From Podarcis liolepis (lineage: Eukaryota): a stretch of 64,000 nucleotides of DNA. Shown here piece after piece: positions 36,446-50,010 of the stretch (the stretch's first letter is position 1; each line of letters begins with the position of its first letter). The translations under genes were made by a program, and so were the position numbers. The stretch lies in assembly GCA_965112155.1 (NCBI GenBank), contig OZ218114.1; one strand, written 5' to 3'. The notes below the pieces were generated by a model that was given only the letters and a program-made list of their open reading frames with translations, was not told where the DNA came from and did not search any database.

Positions 36446-37226
36446 TGTGGGATCTAATCCTTTGGAGCAGTCAAGCACAACATTTCCTGTTTGCCTAGAG
36501 TGAACATGCATGGGGAATGTTGGTCCAGCCAGTTGAACTTCCTGTTACACCTGGCTGGAGCATCCTTCCTTTTGCATGTGACTAGTAGGTGGGCATGACC
36601 TTTCCATTGGGTACCATTGGGGAAAGGGTGCCATTGCGGCCACCCCTCCGGGACGCACAACCCCGGGATACATGCCACACCCCCAGGATGCGTGCCAGCC
36701 ATGCCCCCGACTGTTCTCCACTCCGGGGGCTGCAGCATGTTGCTCCACCACTGGACCTTTCCAGACCTAGTAAAAGACCAAGTCACATAGCCACCTCCCT
36801 TCTTTTTCATCCTGCCTGATTCACCTGGACTGAACTGCTGGCTGTCAGCCAGCAGACCTTGGTTATCTCCCATTTGGGGTAAACCTGTTTGTACATATTT
36901 GTAACTTTAAGCCTAAAGCCTGCCTTCAGGGATCACATTGTGCTCTGCCTGATCATGAGGAAAACTTCTTTTTGTTACTTATGAATAAGACTGTTGGGTC
37001 TTTATTCTTTTAGGAGGGATTCATGGGATCTTACCAGGAACATATCCAATCTGGGCAAGCCAGATTGAATTGCTTATTGTCTTAAGAGACTCACATGAGT
37101 CTGCAACCAGGTTCTTGCTGTGTAAAGGGAGAATGCACTCTGCTGTATAAAGAAACTTGCTAGCGCAAGTTAGGAAGGATTATATTAATCAAAATTTCCT
37201 CTCCCGTTACCCACAACATTCCCACA
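36446..37226 (+). mobile_element. Solo LTR, copy 1
   Basis: TGTGGGA…TCCCACA termini; perfect 5-bp TSD CAACC; colinear with 59219-60050. Confidence 0.8.
36605..36753. mobile_element. hAT MITE nested in solo LTR
   Basis: CATTGG…CCACTG ends; 8-bp TSD GACCTTTC; absent from LTR copy 2. Confidence 0.75.
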
Positions 37227-38951
37227 CAACCCTGTTGCAACTCATTGGGCCCATTTTGTGTTGGACCAGGAATCCTGTGACATCCCCCACAGTGGGAAGA
37301 TCTCTACCAAATTCCCTTGGCAGTTGCCTCCCATCTTTTCCAGAGCAGCTGCCCACTCACTGCCCAGGAGCAGCACATGTCACCCTCCAAATGGGCTTGA
37401 AGGTCGGTGGCTCAAAGCCCTTTAAAGCCAAACTCTTAAAATATCACTTAAAATATACAGAGTAGCAGAACAACAGCACAAAACGTGAGCTTTTAAAGCC
37501 TGTTTAAAACCAAAAAGCAAATAGGCTTGCCTTGTCACAGGCTGACAATCCATAATTTGGTGGGGGAGGCATTGCCGAAAGGGCTTTATTCTGTGTGTCT
37601 GCCAATCTAATTGTGTTCATAGGTGAGCATCTCAACAGGTCGTCCAAAACAGATCTTAAAAGTACAGGCTGCATTGCATTGGTGGGAGCAGTCCCTAAAA
37701 CCATCTGAACCCAAACATTTAGGGCTGGGAATGTGGGGAAATGTGCAGCCAAGACCACAACTGTGTAATTGCTAGAGAGTCACAAACGGGGGTATGATGT
37801 CACATAACCTCTTTGTGGTGGAAAGGGAACAATAGAAAACTTAATATTCTTCTTCCTCTCACTGCGCACAATCTTCTTCTTACTTACAATGGGATAGGTT
37901 GCCAGCAAGCTCTCTCCAAAGAACACATACCATTTTTGAGCTGAACAATGGGCTCTTGTAACTTTTAATTATTATTAATTGCCTGCCTGATTTTCATCAC
38001 TGTATCTATCTGGCATGTCTTTTGGCTTGAGTAAACTTTATATTTTCTTCTTTGCCTAAAACAGGCCTGAAAGTGATTTCTTTGTGAAGAGGGAACTCAG
38101 ATGGGAGATGGTCCAACTCTGCCTAAGCACCCCAGGGATAACATAACAATTCTTTTTAGAAGGTTGCACAACCTTGCCTCCGAAGCTTCTAAAGATAAGC
38201 TGCACATGGATGGTGATTTTTAACTCTGCTGAAATAGGTATTTGCAGAAGTGAAAAGCAGGATGATAAATAAGCAATTAAATAGCCTCTCCTATCCTCTA
38301 AAATCCATCCAACAGGAAACATACTGGTGGCCTGATAACTGGTGCAATATAGGCATCATATGTCCCATTATATGTCCCACCCAACCTGCATCCTGTACCA
38401 GTTTTGGTTTCTGAACCATATTCAAAGACAGCCTCAGATAAAGTGTATTGCAGTAGTCTATAATGCATGAATAAAGGTGACAAAGCCCAACAGTTCTAGA
38501 TAGGGTCACAGCTGGTGCACCAATGGGAAGGGAGATTTACCTATGAGGTTCTGGATCTATTTCTCCCCCATCTGTAATCCAGGCCCAACTCTGTGCAACA
38601 AAATTTCACACTGGTGCTGATCCTGGGAAGTTGTCCTGAATATGGGATTGCCCTTTATTGTATGAAGGATAGATGCTGTCCCTGTCTGCAAACAGAGCCC
38701 CATTTGCTGCCTTGGTAACTTATGGCTGAGGTTAACAGAAGCACCAGAGCCATCAGTCAATGGAGTCTTTCTTCACAGGTCAGAAAGCACCCAACAAACT
38801 CGTACCTTGGAGCGCTGCTACTCAAAGGGTGTATAGTTCTCTCAAGTGCCCTTCAGGTAGCCAAACCTTGTGTTCCATCCTGCAGATTACTCAGGGCCAA
38901 ACTACTTTTAACGTGTCTGTGGAGTTGTTGTTGTTTTTTAAAAAAATAATA

Positions 38952-39171
38952 CAGTCGTACCTTGGATCCTTAACACCTTGGTACTCGGACATTTTGGCTC
39001 CTGAATAACACAAACCCGGAAGTGAGAGTTCCAGTTTGCAAACGTTCTTTGGAACCCGAATGTCCAATGGGGCTTCCACAACCAATCAGAAGTCGCACTT
39101 TGGTTTTCGAAAGTTTTGGAAGTCGAGTGGACTTCCGGAAAAGATTCCGTTCAACTTCCAAAGTATGACTG
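38952..39171. mobile_element. Tc1/mariner-pogo MITE
   Basis: TIR CAGTC(G/A)TAC(C/T)TTGGA; TA TSD. Confidence 0.8.
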
Positions 39172-40404
39172 TAGTTCTTTTATCACTGGGGATAAGGAGC
39201 GCTACAGCCATGACCAGGACTTCAGCCCTTTCCCTCTCTGTCATGGTGTTGGCAAAAAATACCAAAAGCACCATCTGCTATTTGTGTTGGGAGGAAAGCT
39301 GTGAAAGAATCTCTGGTCTACCCCCAAATGTCACCACAAAAATATAATGCAGCTGGAACGCATTGCCCAGCCGCAACACTAACACACACACACACATCAG
39401 CATTTCATGCCAGGTCTGCAACTGAGAGGCAGTGTGCCTCTGAGCATACACAGCATTCCCTCCTTGCTGCCTTGAATGTAGAATCCACCTTGGTAATTAA
39501 GCTGTATGGCTATATATAAATAAATAAGAAAGATAATCACAATCCACCATGAGCCCGTGTGTGACGTTTCTCTTCGGCAATGTGGCGCTTCCTTTGCTGG
39601 GCAGGTAAAGAGTCCGTAGGGGACTTCATTTCATGACCTGCAGCACACATCCTGCCTGGCTTACCAATACTCCACGCCAGAGCAGAAAGGGCTACAGGCA
39701 AAGAAGAAGCAGGTCCCCACCTATGAACTTCTTCCTGGGAGCTGGACAGAGCCACTGAGCTAAGCCTCAAAAGCCATGGATGCAGCATCCAAGGCCCAAC
39801 CAGCAACCTCCCTCCCTCTCCAGCTACAGAACAGGCACTGGGATGCCTGGGGCGTAGAGGGTCCTTCTGCCTGACCACTGACTCTGCTGCCCCGCCCCAA
39901 GCCTTCCCCCAAGCCTCCTCTTGCACTGAGAGTCACAGCCAGGGCCACAGAGGAGCAAACCAGTTGCCCTCAGGGATGCATGTGACAAGCACATGGAAGA
40001 TAGCCCCTGAAAGGATTTGATGCATTTGTCACCAGAGGATGTGGCAGTGGTGGCTGTTGCTTAGGGACATGCTAGACAAGACAGCTAGGTTCACCTGTGA
40101 TCAGACCTCTCAACAACCACCGAATGGGAACAAGGACTCTGGCAGAGAATATTAATGCAGACAATATCATATTACAAGAAGTTGTGCAATAGAATGGCAA
40201 TCTTATTGGATGCTCAGTACACATTGAATACTGTCGTGCAATAACGAAATATTGGGAAGGCTGTCTTAGAAGTAATATAGAACTAACTGAAAATTATTAA
40301 AATTAGATGGGGGGGAAATATTAATTTATTAATGCAGTATTGTTTTAACTAAGTGGTTCCCTATATTTTGCAAATAGGTTTATCATTGTAAAGACCCTCT
40401 AGAA

Positions 40405-40661
40405 CATGGGTAGGCAAATTAAGGCCTGGGGGCCGGATCCGGCTCAATTGCCTTCTAAATCCTGCCCGTGGACGGTCCAGGAATCAGTGTGTTTTTACAT
40501 GAGTAGAATGTGTGCTTTTATTTAAAATGCATCTCTGGGTTATTTGTGGGGCATAGGAATTCGTTCATTATTTTTTTCTTCCAAAATATAGTCGTCCCCG
40601 TCCCCCCAAGGTCTGAGGGAAAGTGGACTGGCCCCCTGCTGAAAAAGTTTGCTGCCCCCTG
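40405..40661. mobile_element. hAT-Charlie (OposCharlie1-like) non-autonomous element
   Basis: CA(T/G)GGG..GCAAA.T termini; perfect 8-bp TSD CTCTAGAA (TCTAGA core preferred by Charlie-type elements). Family name from memory of the internal sequence. Confidence 0.8.
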
Positions 40662-41089
40662 CTCTAGAATGACTTTACTGTTTTGTTTGCTGTTGTTGTG
40701 ATTCGTTTCATCAACGTGAAACATAGAATGATAACAATTTATGGAAGATTGTAAAGATAAAATACAAATTGTGTTTAAATTGTATAAAATGATTCAGGGC
40801 AGCCCTTTCCAGGTATGGGGTGTGTGTTTTTCCACACCCAGGCACAGCATCTCAGCAAGTGACCACTGGAAGCTGTAAAACGGGTGGGAAGGAGGCAGAG
40901 AGAGCTGTGGAAACACTTCCTAGCAAAGCCTAACAGTTCAGCAGGGGCTGCCAGCTGGATGCCACCTGTCCAAATGCTGCAACGCCAGATTTGGGTCTGC
41001 CTGCTGTACCTTGAAGGGCAGCCACTGAGCTGGGCAAGTGGCTGGAATCTGTTCCCTTTGTAAACATGTCCCTGAGCCAGAGCTTGCCG

Positions 41090-41261
41090 CAGTGGCGTAG
41101 CGTGGGGGGTGCAGGGGGGGGGCCCGGCCGCACCGGGCGCAACAGCTGGGGGTTAGGGTTAGGGGGTGCAAATCCATGGGTTATGGGGCGCAAATCCACG
41201 GGTTAGGGGGCGCAAATTACTTGCCTTGCCCCGGGTGCTGACAACCCACGCTACGCCACTG
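41090..41261. mobile_element. hAT MITE with TTAGGG motifs, copy 2
   Basis: TIR CAGTGGCGTAGCGTGGG; TSD GCTTGCCG. Confidence 0.92.
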
Positions 41262-44200
41262 GCTTGCCGCCAGCTGCATTGCATGGGAGGAACAGCAGCA
41301 GCCTGCTCCGGGGATGGTAATAACACAGGTGTCCTTGCCAGTGCTGGTGAGCGGGGTTTCATTCTGCACAGCAAGAGGAGCCCCAAGGACCTCCTGTCTG
41401 CAATATGGGCATGTTCTGCTGGGAGTCTGCTTTCTGCTGCTGCACCTGGAGAGACCTTCTCTCAGCCTGGGGAGCAGGGAGCTGTTCTTGGCTTCAAGGC
41501 TGAGCAGAGCCCAGTCTAGAAGGCTCCACACCAGAGTCTGGTTCTCATGCTCCACTCAGCCCTTTCTGCGGCAAGACAAGCAGTTCTCCAGCCATCCTTG
41601 ATCCCCGAGATTAGTCAAGTGTGCCAAGGGAATCCTGTGCAATCAGTGTCTCAGTCACCCATGAATAGGATCAGGGATTTTATTTAAAGCATCCAACTTT
41701 CCTGTGGAAGTCCCTTGGGTAACCTCATAAATGGCAAGAGCCAAGATCAAGCCGCAATGAGAACTACCCAGTGAGTCAAGTGTGCTCTGTTCCTACTGCT
41801 ATTATTCTGCTGTCTAAATTGTCCATCCAGTAGTCTCTGCCTTGAGGACAGCAGTCAGTCTGGGGACTAATGCATCATTTAGCAGATCTATCATGCAACA
41901 AGCCGTTTTCTTTTGTGATTTCTCCCTCCTCCTAATGGCCAGACATAAAGCGGCCTTTGAGCAAGATCAAAGAGTGAGATAGATACTCTGCCTGTTCAGT
42001 GTTGCCTGCTCAGCTGCAGTCCTCAGCAGGAACTGGGCCTCTCCTCTTCTTAAAAATTAACCATGAAATCCACGAGACCTCTCCCAGGATTCCTCTCCAG
42101 GATGGAGATGGAGGGGTACTGTGGGATCCTGACCAGTAGATGGAGACGGCATAGAACCCTCATGACTAGCCTCCCTCTGACCAAGAGGACCCCATGGCAA
42201 AGCTTGTCATTGAGGAAATCTTCCCCTCAAGTAATGATCAGCCAGGCAAAACCAAGCTTCTTGCTGGTGTGTCTCAGAAAGTTCCCCATGCCAAGGGACT
42301 TGCTTCCAGCTTCCTGCACCCAGCGTGCTACAGAAAGGGCATCTTTCCACACAAGCCATTTCCTCTCCCACATGCAAGGGCCCTCTTGCAGGAGAGAAGA
42401 GGGTAGGGGTGGGGCACCAGCCACTACTTTGTTGAGCCAGCCACAGATGTCAAGGAAAGGGCTGCCAGCCTCCACATGCTGCCCCAGCCCTATGGCAGGA
42501 TCTGGCACGCAGCAAGCAAGACAACAGTATGGCCGCCTCCTCCTCCTGCAGCTGATGCATGTAATCCAGCTGGAGAAATATTTGGGGTGCTTTTGTTTTG
42601 CTGGCCAATAGCTCCATCATTCATGCGAAGAAAGAGATTAATAGAATACAAAACTTAACACAGGCTTTTCACATTTAGGGAATTTACATATGCAAATATA
42701 TCCATGCACGCTTTAGTACGCGAGCATGGATTTCATGTGCTAATCAGGCAGCTGCTTCCTCAACCACAAAGCAAATACTCAGCAAAAGTTTGCAAAAATG
42801 CACCAAAGCAGTAAAGAAAAGACCTTTGATAAGCATCTACTGGTGAGCAGCATTCGAAGCTGCACTGCTGGGTCACTCGCACCAAGAGAGAGGAGGCCAG
42901 GGTGGGTGGGGAACTGAAGAACACACAGGGCCAGCCCAAAACAGGGCGACGTCTTTCCCTGGTCCAGACACCATCTGGACTGGTAATTAGTGAAGGGGTG
43001 TCATCCTCCACTGCTCCTGACCTGAGACAAAAGGCTGAAAAAGGGAGCCCAGGTAGGTCGCATGGCAACAGACCAGAATGGTGATGGGGAGATGAAAGGG
43101 GAACAGCTGGGGGCCACCTTCCAAAATCCCCAACTGAGGAAGTCCCTTCAGTCTGCCTTATGGCATTGCACAAGGTCTGAGGTTGCCCACCCCCACACTT
43201 GACCATTCATGACTGCTACACACCAGTACTGCACATACACAAGGGCACACACCTGAGTCCAAGGTGAGCACCTGCTCCCATTCAGGGACCTCAGCATAAA
43301 GGTGAGTGTAAATAGCCTCAGTCCTTTTGAGGGTGCAGGGCAGCCCAGTCAGAACACCATGGACTCCATCCTTTGAAAATGGGCTCTTCATTCTGTGTTT
43401 ACTCGGCTATAATCATATATTTCAGCCACACACAAAATCCGCCCACCAGGCTAGAGGGCAACATACCTAGCGTTGGATTTTAATCGGAAGGGAGGGATTT
43501 TATCAGATAAATGAGGACATTCATCTCATCTCAGTCTTCTTTAAAATGTGCATCAGAAAATGGACTTTTAGGATTGCACAAACATTCACCTTTACCTTTT
43601 GCTTTTAAGTTACCCCCGGTGCACAGCAGAGGCAGCCAAGCTAATCCTGCACCTCAGTCTGTAGCTTTTCATGATGGTTTCTGCAAGTTCTGCTGCCTAG
43701 TCACACAGATACACTCCCCGCCCCCACTCTCAGTTTGCCTGCCTGCCTCCCCTCCTCCCTCCTAAACCAATCTGGACCACCCAACTTCAGGATTTGTTGT
43801 TGACTCATTGGCTGTAGGCGTCACTTTTCCTTCCTATCTGATTTTTCAGGGTGCAGAAGGCGGCAAGGCAAAAATGGAGGCCAGCTCTCTGTCCACAGAT
43901 TATGTGAATCCCGGTTAAAAAGAAGCATCCAGGTGGCAAGGGTCCGGCTTTCCCCAAATACAAACACCAACACCCAACCCCAAGGAACAGACAGACTTTT
44001 GGCAGTTCGTCTGTCACAGATCTCCCCCAAACCAACCCCTTTAGAGAAGAGTTTCTCTGCCTCAAGCACATCGCGCCCTTTTCTTCATCCGCCCCTTAAA
44101 ACAGGCAGAGCCCAAACCCTGCATTTTCTGCACCCTAAGAAGAGTGGAAATTCATCTCTGCAGCTCAGCAAAGGAGAGAATGTCAATGTTGCCCATCGTC

Positions 44201-44660
44201 TTCCCAAAGCCACCCAGCCCCTGCTAACATCACAGCTTCCTGTTCTTGTTAAGGGGCCTGGAGGCATCTACCAAAGATCAAACCTGGTTAAAATCATGGT
44301 ACTGCCCTTGAGTCTTGCCTGCACAGCTTAGCTGCCTCAAGGGGGAAAGGGGGGTGCATGTGTGAACACAGGCAGGGATGTCACTTTGCTTCAACATCAA
44401 TCAGGCTTCTAGTGTGACGGAGATTTTTTCAGTCTTCTGCTCCAGAGATTCTGAACCCGGCCTGCACCGTGCCTGACAAGTGCTTCCCGCCACATGAATG
44501 CATTCCTGGCAGGTGGAGTGAGAGAGAAAGACAGAAAGAGAGAGACCCCTTGGCTTGCGGTCAAGCCCGGCTGCAGGAGCAGTGGAGTGGGGGAAAGCAC
44601 AACACCCCAACCACCAGTGCAAATGCCATAAAGAAAAGGAGCAGCAGTGGTTTGCAATAA

Positions 44661-45049
44661 GGTGCGGGTGGCGCTGTGGTCTAAACCACTGAGCCTCTTG
44701 GGCTTGCTGGTTGGAAGGTTGGCGGTTCAAATCCCTGCGATGGAGTGAGTGCCCGTTGCTCTTCCCTAGCTCCTGCCAACCTGGCAATTCGAAAGCACGC
44801 CAATGCAAGTAGATAAAGAGGTACCACAGTGGCGAGAAGGTAAACCACGTTTCCGTGCACTCTGGTTTCCGTCACCGTGTTCCATTGCACCAGAAGTGGT
44901 TTAGTCATGCTGGCCACATGACCTGGAAAGCTGCCTGTGGACAAACGCCAGTTCCCTCAGCCTGAAAGCGAGATGAGCGCCACAACCCCATAGTCGCCTT
45001 TGACTGGACTTAACAGTCCAAGGGTCCTTTACCTTTTTACCTTTTTTTT
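44661..45049 (+). mobile_element. Sauria SINE
   Basis: tRNA-like head, core and ACCTTT tail. Confidence 0.88.
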
Positions 45050-45845
45050 AGTGCCACAAGGAAGAAATAAGAGTATAACACCTTGGATGATAATTCAGAG
45101 TGGAAAAGTCACAGGCACCACCAGAAACATCTGTGCTGGTTTGTTGTCCATTCTGCACAGAAGGACTGGCTCTTAAATATCGGATGCTGGCTTTTAGGGG
45201 GCATTTTGCCATCCCAGGTTTGACTTGACAGGCTTGAAGGCTGCAGAAAGCCCCCTGTTCCCACCTGTCAAGACCCTCAGGCTCCCCCTCCCAGGATCGG
45301 CTTGTCCATGGGGCAGACTGAAGCTGCTGCCTCAGGTGGTAGAATCCAAGGGGCACTTCCATGGGAGCAACCTCCCACCATCGCTGGAGAAGCCAAGAGT
45401 AGCAGCTGTGGTAGCTTCAAGAGTCCCGCAAAATCAGGAGGCACCGTCTCATTTTGCCTCAGGTGGTGAGATGGGACAGGCCACCCATGCCTCCTTCCCT
45501 CCCACTACCCTAAGGGATCATGTCCTAACCTATCCTGGAACAATTGCCAGATCCATTTGGAGATGCTTCTCCTGGGCATGGAGGGGGTTCAGCTCATCAG
45601 ACTGAAGTGCACATTGCAAGGCAGAATGTGGCAGGCCCCCAAAAGCATAGCTTGGCCCATTACCCACCACTAAGTATCTTAGATGTGACTTTTGCAAGGC
45701 TTAGCTGCCTTTGTGGGGAAAACAAACTCGGAAGAAAGCACACAGGAGCATTCTTAAACGGGTGGCCCTTCATCGGAGGGTGGGTGGAGCCCTGGCTCTT
45801 TTGCACCATTCCACAGATCTCCTACCCCATACTCACCCTACTTTT

Positions 45846-46440
45846 TTAAAAATGTATTTTTATCAAATATTTTCTTGATTTACAAAAGTATGTGCAATGT
45901 CTCTCTCTCGGTTTTTCCCCCCAAGTAACATTTTTTACAAATCAGTTTCATTTGTTGAGACATTAGGAAGAAAAGGGGGAAAGAGGTGGGGGGATGGGGG
46001 GGTCGGGTAACGATGTTTCTATTTTACTTAATATATGTGAGGTTTTGTGTCAGCGTTGCTTGTGTAGGTTTTTTGCTGTTCACTTGTATTCCTTTGGTAG
46101 TGAGAGAGGTTGGGGTTGGCCTAGGGTGTGGTTGTTCGTTTGTGATTGGCTGTGGTGGTGTTTGTTTTCATGTGTGAGTGGGGTGGGTGGGTGTTTTGGA
46201 TCAGGTTAGCCATATTAATTTATATGCTGTTGGTAGATTTTTGTCATTGTCTTGTTGGGCTGTGTGTGTGATCAGTGGCGTAGCGTGGGGGGTGCGGGGG
46301 GGCCGGCCGCACCGGGCGCAACATCTGGGGGTTAGGGGGCGCAAATCCACGGGTTAGGGGGCACAAATTACTTGCCTTGCCCTGGGTGCTGACAACCCGC
46401 GCTACGCCACTGTGTGTGATAAAGGGGAGCCATACCGGGC
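45846..46440 (-). mobile_element. L1/Tx1-like 3' fragment (same family as 4410-4972)
   Basis: Colinear with 4410-4860; interrupted by a hAT MITE. Confidence 0.78.
46273..46412. mobile_element. hAT MITE with TTAGGG motifs, copy 3 (nested in LINE fragment)
   Basis: TIR CAGTGGCGTAGCG; TSD TGTGTGAT; the paralogous LINE copy near 4830-4840 shows the empty site. Confidence 0.92.
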
Positions 46441-49020
46441 TCACCCCTTTTTAAGCTTTAAAAATTATTTGACCTTGCTTACATAGGGTGCTCTCTGAAA
46501 GCTGACCTAATTTACATGTAGACATGCAAATTAGCATATGCAGATTTCATGCAGATTTTAATCACAGGCTTGTGCCTCAAGTCTTTTAAGGGCCTAGCAA
46601 CAGCCCTGGAGCCTAGAAGATTCTCTTGCTTGCTTGAGCAGAGAGGACGTTCCTTATTATTGTGGTTTTTTCCTCCGCCTGATTATCTAAATATGTGAGC
46701 CTGCCTTTGTAAACAAAAGCTCCAGCTAGCACAAAATGTTGCCGCTTGCCTGTTGACAGGCTGGAGTCAATGTAGTCGTCTCTCCCTCTCATGCAAAGCT
46801 CAGCTGCTGAGCGCCAACAGGACCATAGCCAAGGGGTGTAAACCCCAAATGTTTACAGAGGTACAAAAAATCTATAGGAAAAACGGCCAAAGGAGCAACC
46901 TGCCTCCACAACAACAAATAGTGAGGACTGAACATGGTCAGTGGTGGACAAAGAATGTCTCTTGGGGCCAAGGCAGGGGGTGGGGGAGTGGAATGGAGCT
47001 CCTTGGAAGGGGGTGGCTGGCTGGCTGGCTGGCTGACACACTGAACTGAAACACTCCACAATTCATGGGAGGTCTCTGTTGTACCACCTCTTTTATTTTA
47101 AAGCAGCTGCACCAGCTATTCATTCGTTTCTGGGCTCAGTTCCAGGGGCTGTTTTTGACACTTGAGACATTAACAGCCTTGGACGAGGATCCAGATATCA
47201 GGGAGAACATCACTAGCTGCCTCCTCCCACACAAACTTCCCCAGAATGACGACTGCATTCCTGAACTTATAAGGAGCAAGCCCTGTTGAACACAGGGGGA
47301 CTTGCTTCCGAGTAATCGGATTGCACGGTAAGTCCTACAGACAAAAAATGATGCTTCCAATTCCACTTCGCACAGAAGCCATATTTGCCTCTGCAAGCAG
47401 CAGGGCCTTTTTAGTTAAAGCCCCAACATTGTGGAACACTCTCCTGCAAGAAATGCTTGTGAACCCCTGTCATCTTTCCATAGGTTTGCTAAGACTTCTT
47501 CAAAAGGCCTTGATTCGGCTTCTCTGTTGTAATTTTTGTAGCAGACCGAGGTGCCGAGGCAGCAAAAAGATATGGGCAGCGGAAACGTCTTAACACTTAC
47601 AGTCCCCCTATCCTATTATCATCAGTGCCACCCGGTTTGTGATTAACTGTGGTCGGTGGTGAGGGTGAAGTTTGGAGTCTTTGTAAGACCACCCACCATT
47701 TCAGGCAGTGGGTGACATTTTTCACTTTGGGGGACAGGAGCAGAGAAGCATCCCTATTTTGTTGTTGTTTTGATGCATCTATGATTGTGGGAGAGTCTAG
47801 TCCCCAGGTTTGAGATTGGGGGGACGGACATAAGAAAGCATACCATATTCTCTTAGAATTCCTGAAAGCAGAAGCCATGGGTTCTGTTTTCAGTCAAGCA
47901 TATGAAATTCAAAAGACCTTCTCTTCAAGGTAAGGAAAGCACCAGGGGAAAGAAGGAAACATCTCAGCCTCTGAAGGTCAAGCGTTATGAACACTGCAAG
48001 ATGAATAATGTTCAACTTACATTACTGTGGACCAGAAGCTCCCAAATCATTGCAAGTTCTGGGATCTGGTCCGTAGCTCCAGGAGATGCTATCCTGTAGA
48101 TTAAGATCATCCTCACCAGGATAATTGTCTGAGCTCAGTTAGGAGATCCATTTGATTCCCACTAGCTTCTTGATTGCTGCAATTTTCTCATTTCTCAAAA
48201 TATATGTTTATAACTCTGCCTACCAACCAAACCCACTCTCAGCCCAATAAATTCTAGCCTTTACTTCTAAGCAGTTTTGGATATTTGAGTCTGCAAATAA
48301 ATTGTCTTCCTTGATGTATTCATCTTCACTCAGAAATCAATGTTCAAAATAAAAGACAGGTTTTATGCATTTAACATATAATTACCATCTAATTAGAGCA
48401 TGGCACAAATTGGAGCCAAACAAGACAGTATATGCAGATGTACATTGACATTATTCTGATCATTTACAGAGGGTTTGTTGTTGCAGCAGGAACATCAAAG
48501 GGCTTGTCTGCACCACAATTTACTGTGTGTTTGAATTCCCATTTAATTTGTGTAGTCGACATGATATTACCCTCAAGCCACACCAACCTTGATGTTTTCC
48601 TGCTGTAAATTCAAGTTTACCCAATATGAGGATAATCAGATAAATTGGGGAAAATCATGCTCCAAACTGTTCCACTCAGGGTCGCAGATGATTTGCTTCA
48701 GTGTTTTGGGGTGGATGGATCATTTTCTGCTGCTCCCTTTTCCATGCCTACCACTCCCACTTTCATTTCTTTTCTGGCTGTACTTGTAACTATTTACGGT
48801 GTGGTGTGCTCTTAAATAGAGGGGTGGTGGTTGCTTTCGATCCCTCAGATTTGCACAAAAACAGAAAACTGTACAAGCAAACCACATTCAAAAATTCTAC
48901 ACTATATATATTGGGCAGCAATCTGAATATATATATATATATAATTGCTTTCATTTCTTTTCCAGCATGCTAGTAAGGCCAGGTGAGAGCTCAGCCTGTT
49001 TGTTTGTTTGTTTGTTTGTT

Positions 49021-50010
49021 TGTGATGGACTGGCTGGATGCAGAGGAATGGAGGGAGGCACCAACTTGGGAACCCCCCAGGGGAATCCCCAGGAGAAGAA
49101 AGCTCAGAGCCAGGGGGTTGGTGGTGGGACAATGATGAGTGGTCAGAGGGAGAAGACTGGGAGGAGGAAGCATTGAAAGCTGAAGAGGTAACAGGGTTCA
49201 GGAAGAGGCTGGGGCAAAAAGCAGTCCGGATTCAAAGGCAGGAGAGGAATGGGGGCCAGGAGACAGAGGTGAGGCAAGCTGCTGAAGAATCCAGGAAGTC
49301 TCTCCCTCCTGTTGCGACCAGATCCCATCCTCCCTGGTCTCCCAGAAAATGTAGAGGAATGAAGAGGCAGAGCAACGAGAGACTAGATGAAGGAGCCTGA
49401 GATTGCTTGGGAAGGACCCAAAGGAAAAGGAGTCTTAGGGAGCAGTGGAAATAAGAGGACCTTCCATCCTCACAATTGCTTCATAGGGCCAAGACCCAGT
49501 GGAGGAGCATATGCCCCGTGCTGCCCAGGCGTGGTCCCGAGGGGGGCATGGCGCGAAAAGTGCCCTCCCAGGTGCAGGATAGCTGCTCAGGTGCCTGGAG
49601 CAGCGTGCGCGCCCAGCAGCCGGGAGCGGAGCAAGCCTCCCATGGCGGACATTCGGCGCACCGCCCACCTGCGACTCCCAAGCCTCCCCCAAGCTGTCAA
49701 AACGAAGGGGGAAGGGGGGAATGTCACTGGCAAAGCAGTGCAAATCCTTCCCTTACCCCAATGGCTTGGGAGTCACAGGCAGGCAGGTGGCACGCCAAAT
49801 GTCACCCTCCCTCATTGAGGGCACCCGGGGCAGTCTGCTCCCACTGCACCCCCTTTCTATGCCCCTGCCAAGACCTACTGGGAAGAGTTGCTGTGATCAC
49901 TAGGCCTGTACCGTTTTGGTTTCTTTGAGTAAAGAGTTAACTTCACTGACACATTGCTAACCTGCTCCTGACTTTGTGTGTGTGTGTGTGTGTGTTTATT
50001 CTTATCTGCA
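49021..50010 (+). mobile_element. LTR-like repeat (boundaries approximate)
   Basis: Starts TG; purine-rich 5' part; AGTAAA polyA-like signal at ~49928; contains a nested hAT. Confidence 0.4.
49497..49867. mobile_element. hAT MITE
   Basis: CAGTGG…CCCCTG ends; 8-bp TSD CCAAGACC at 49489-49496 and 49868-49875. Confidence 0.75.
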
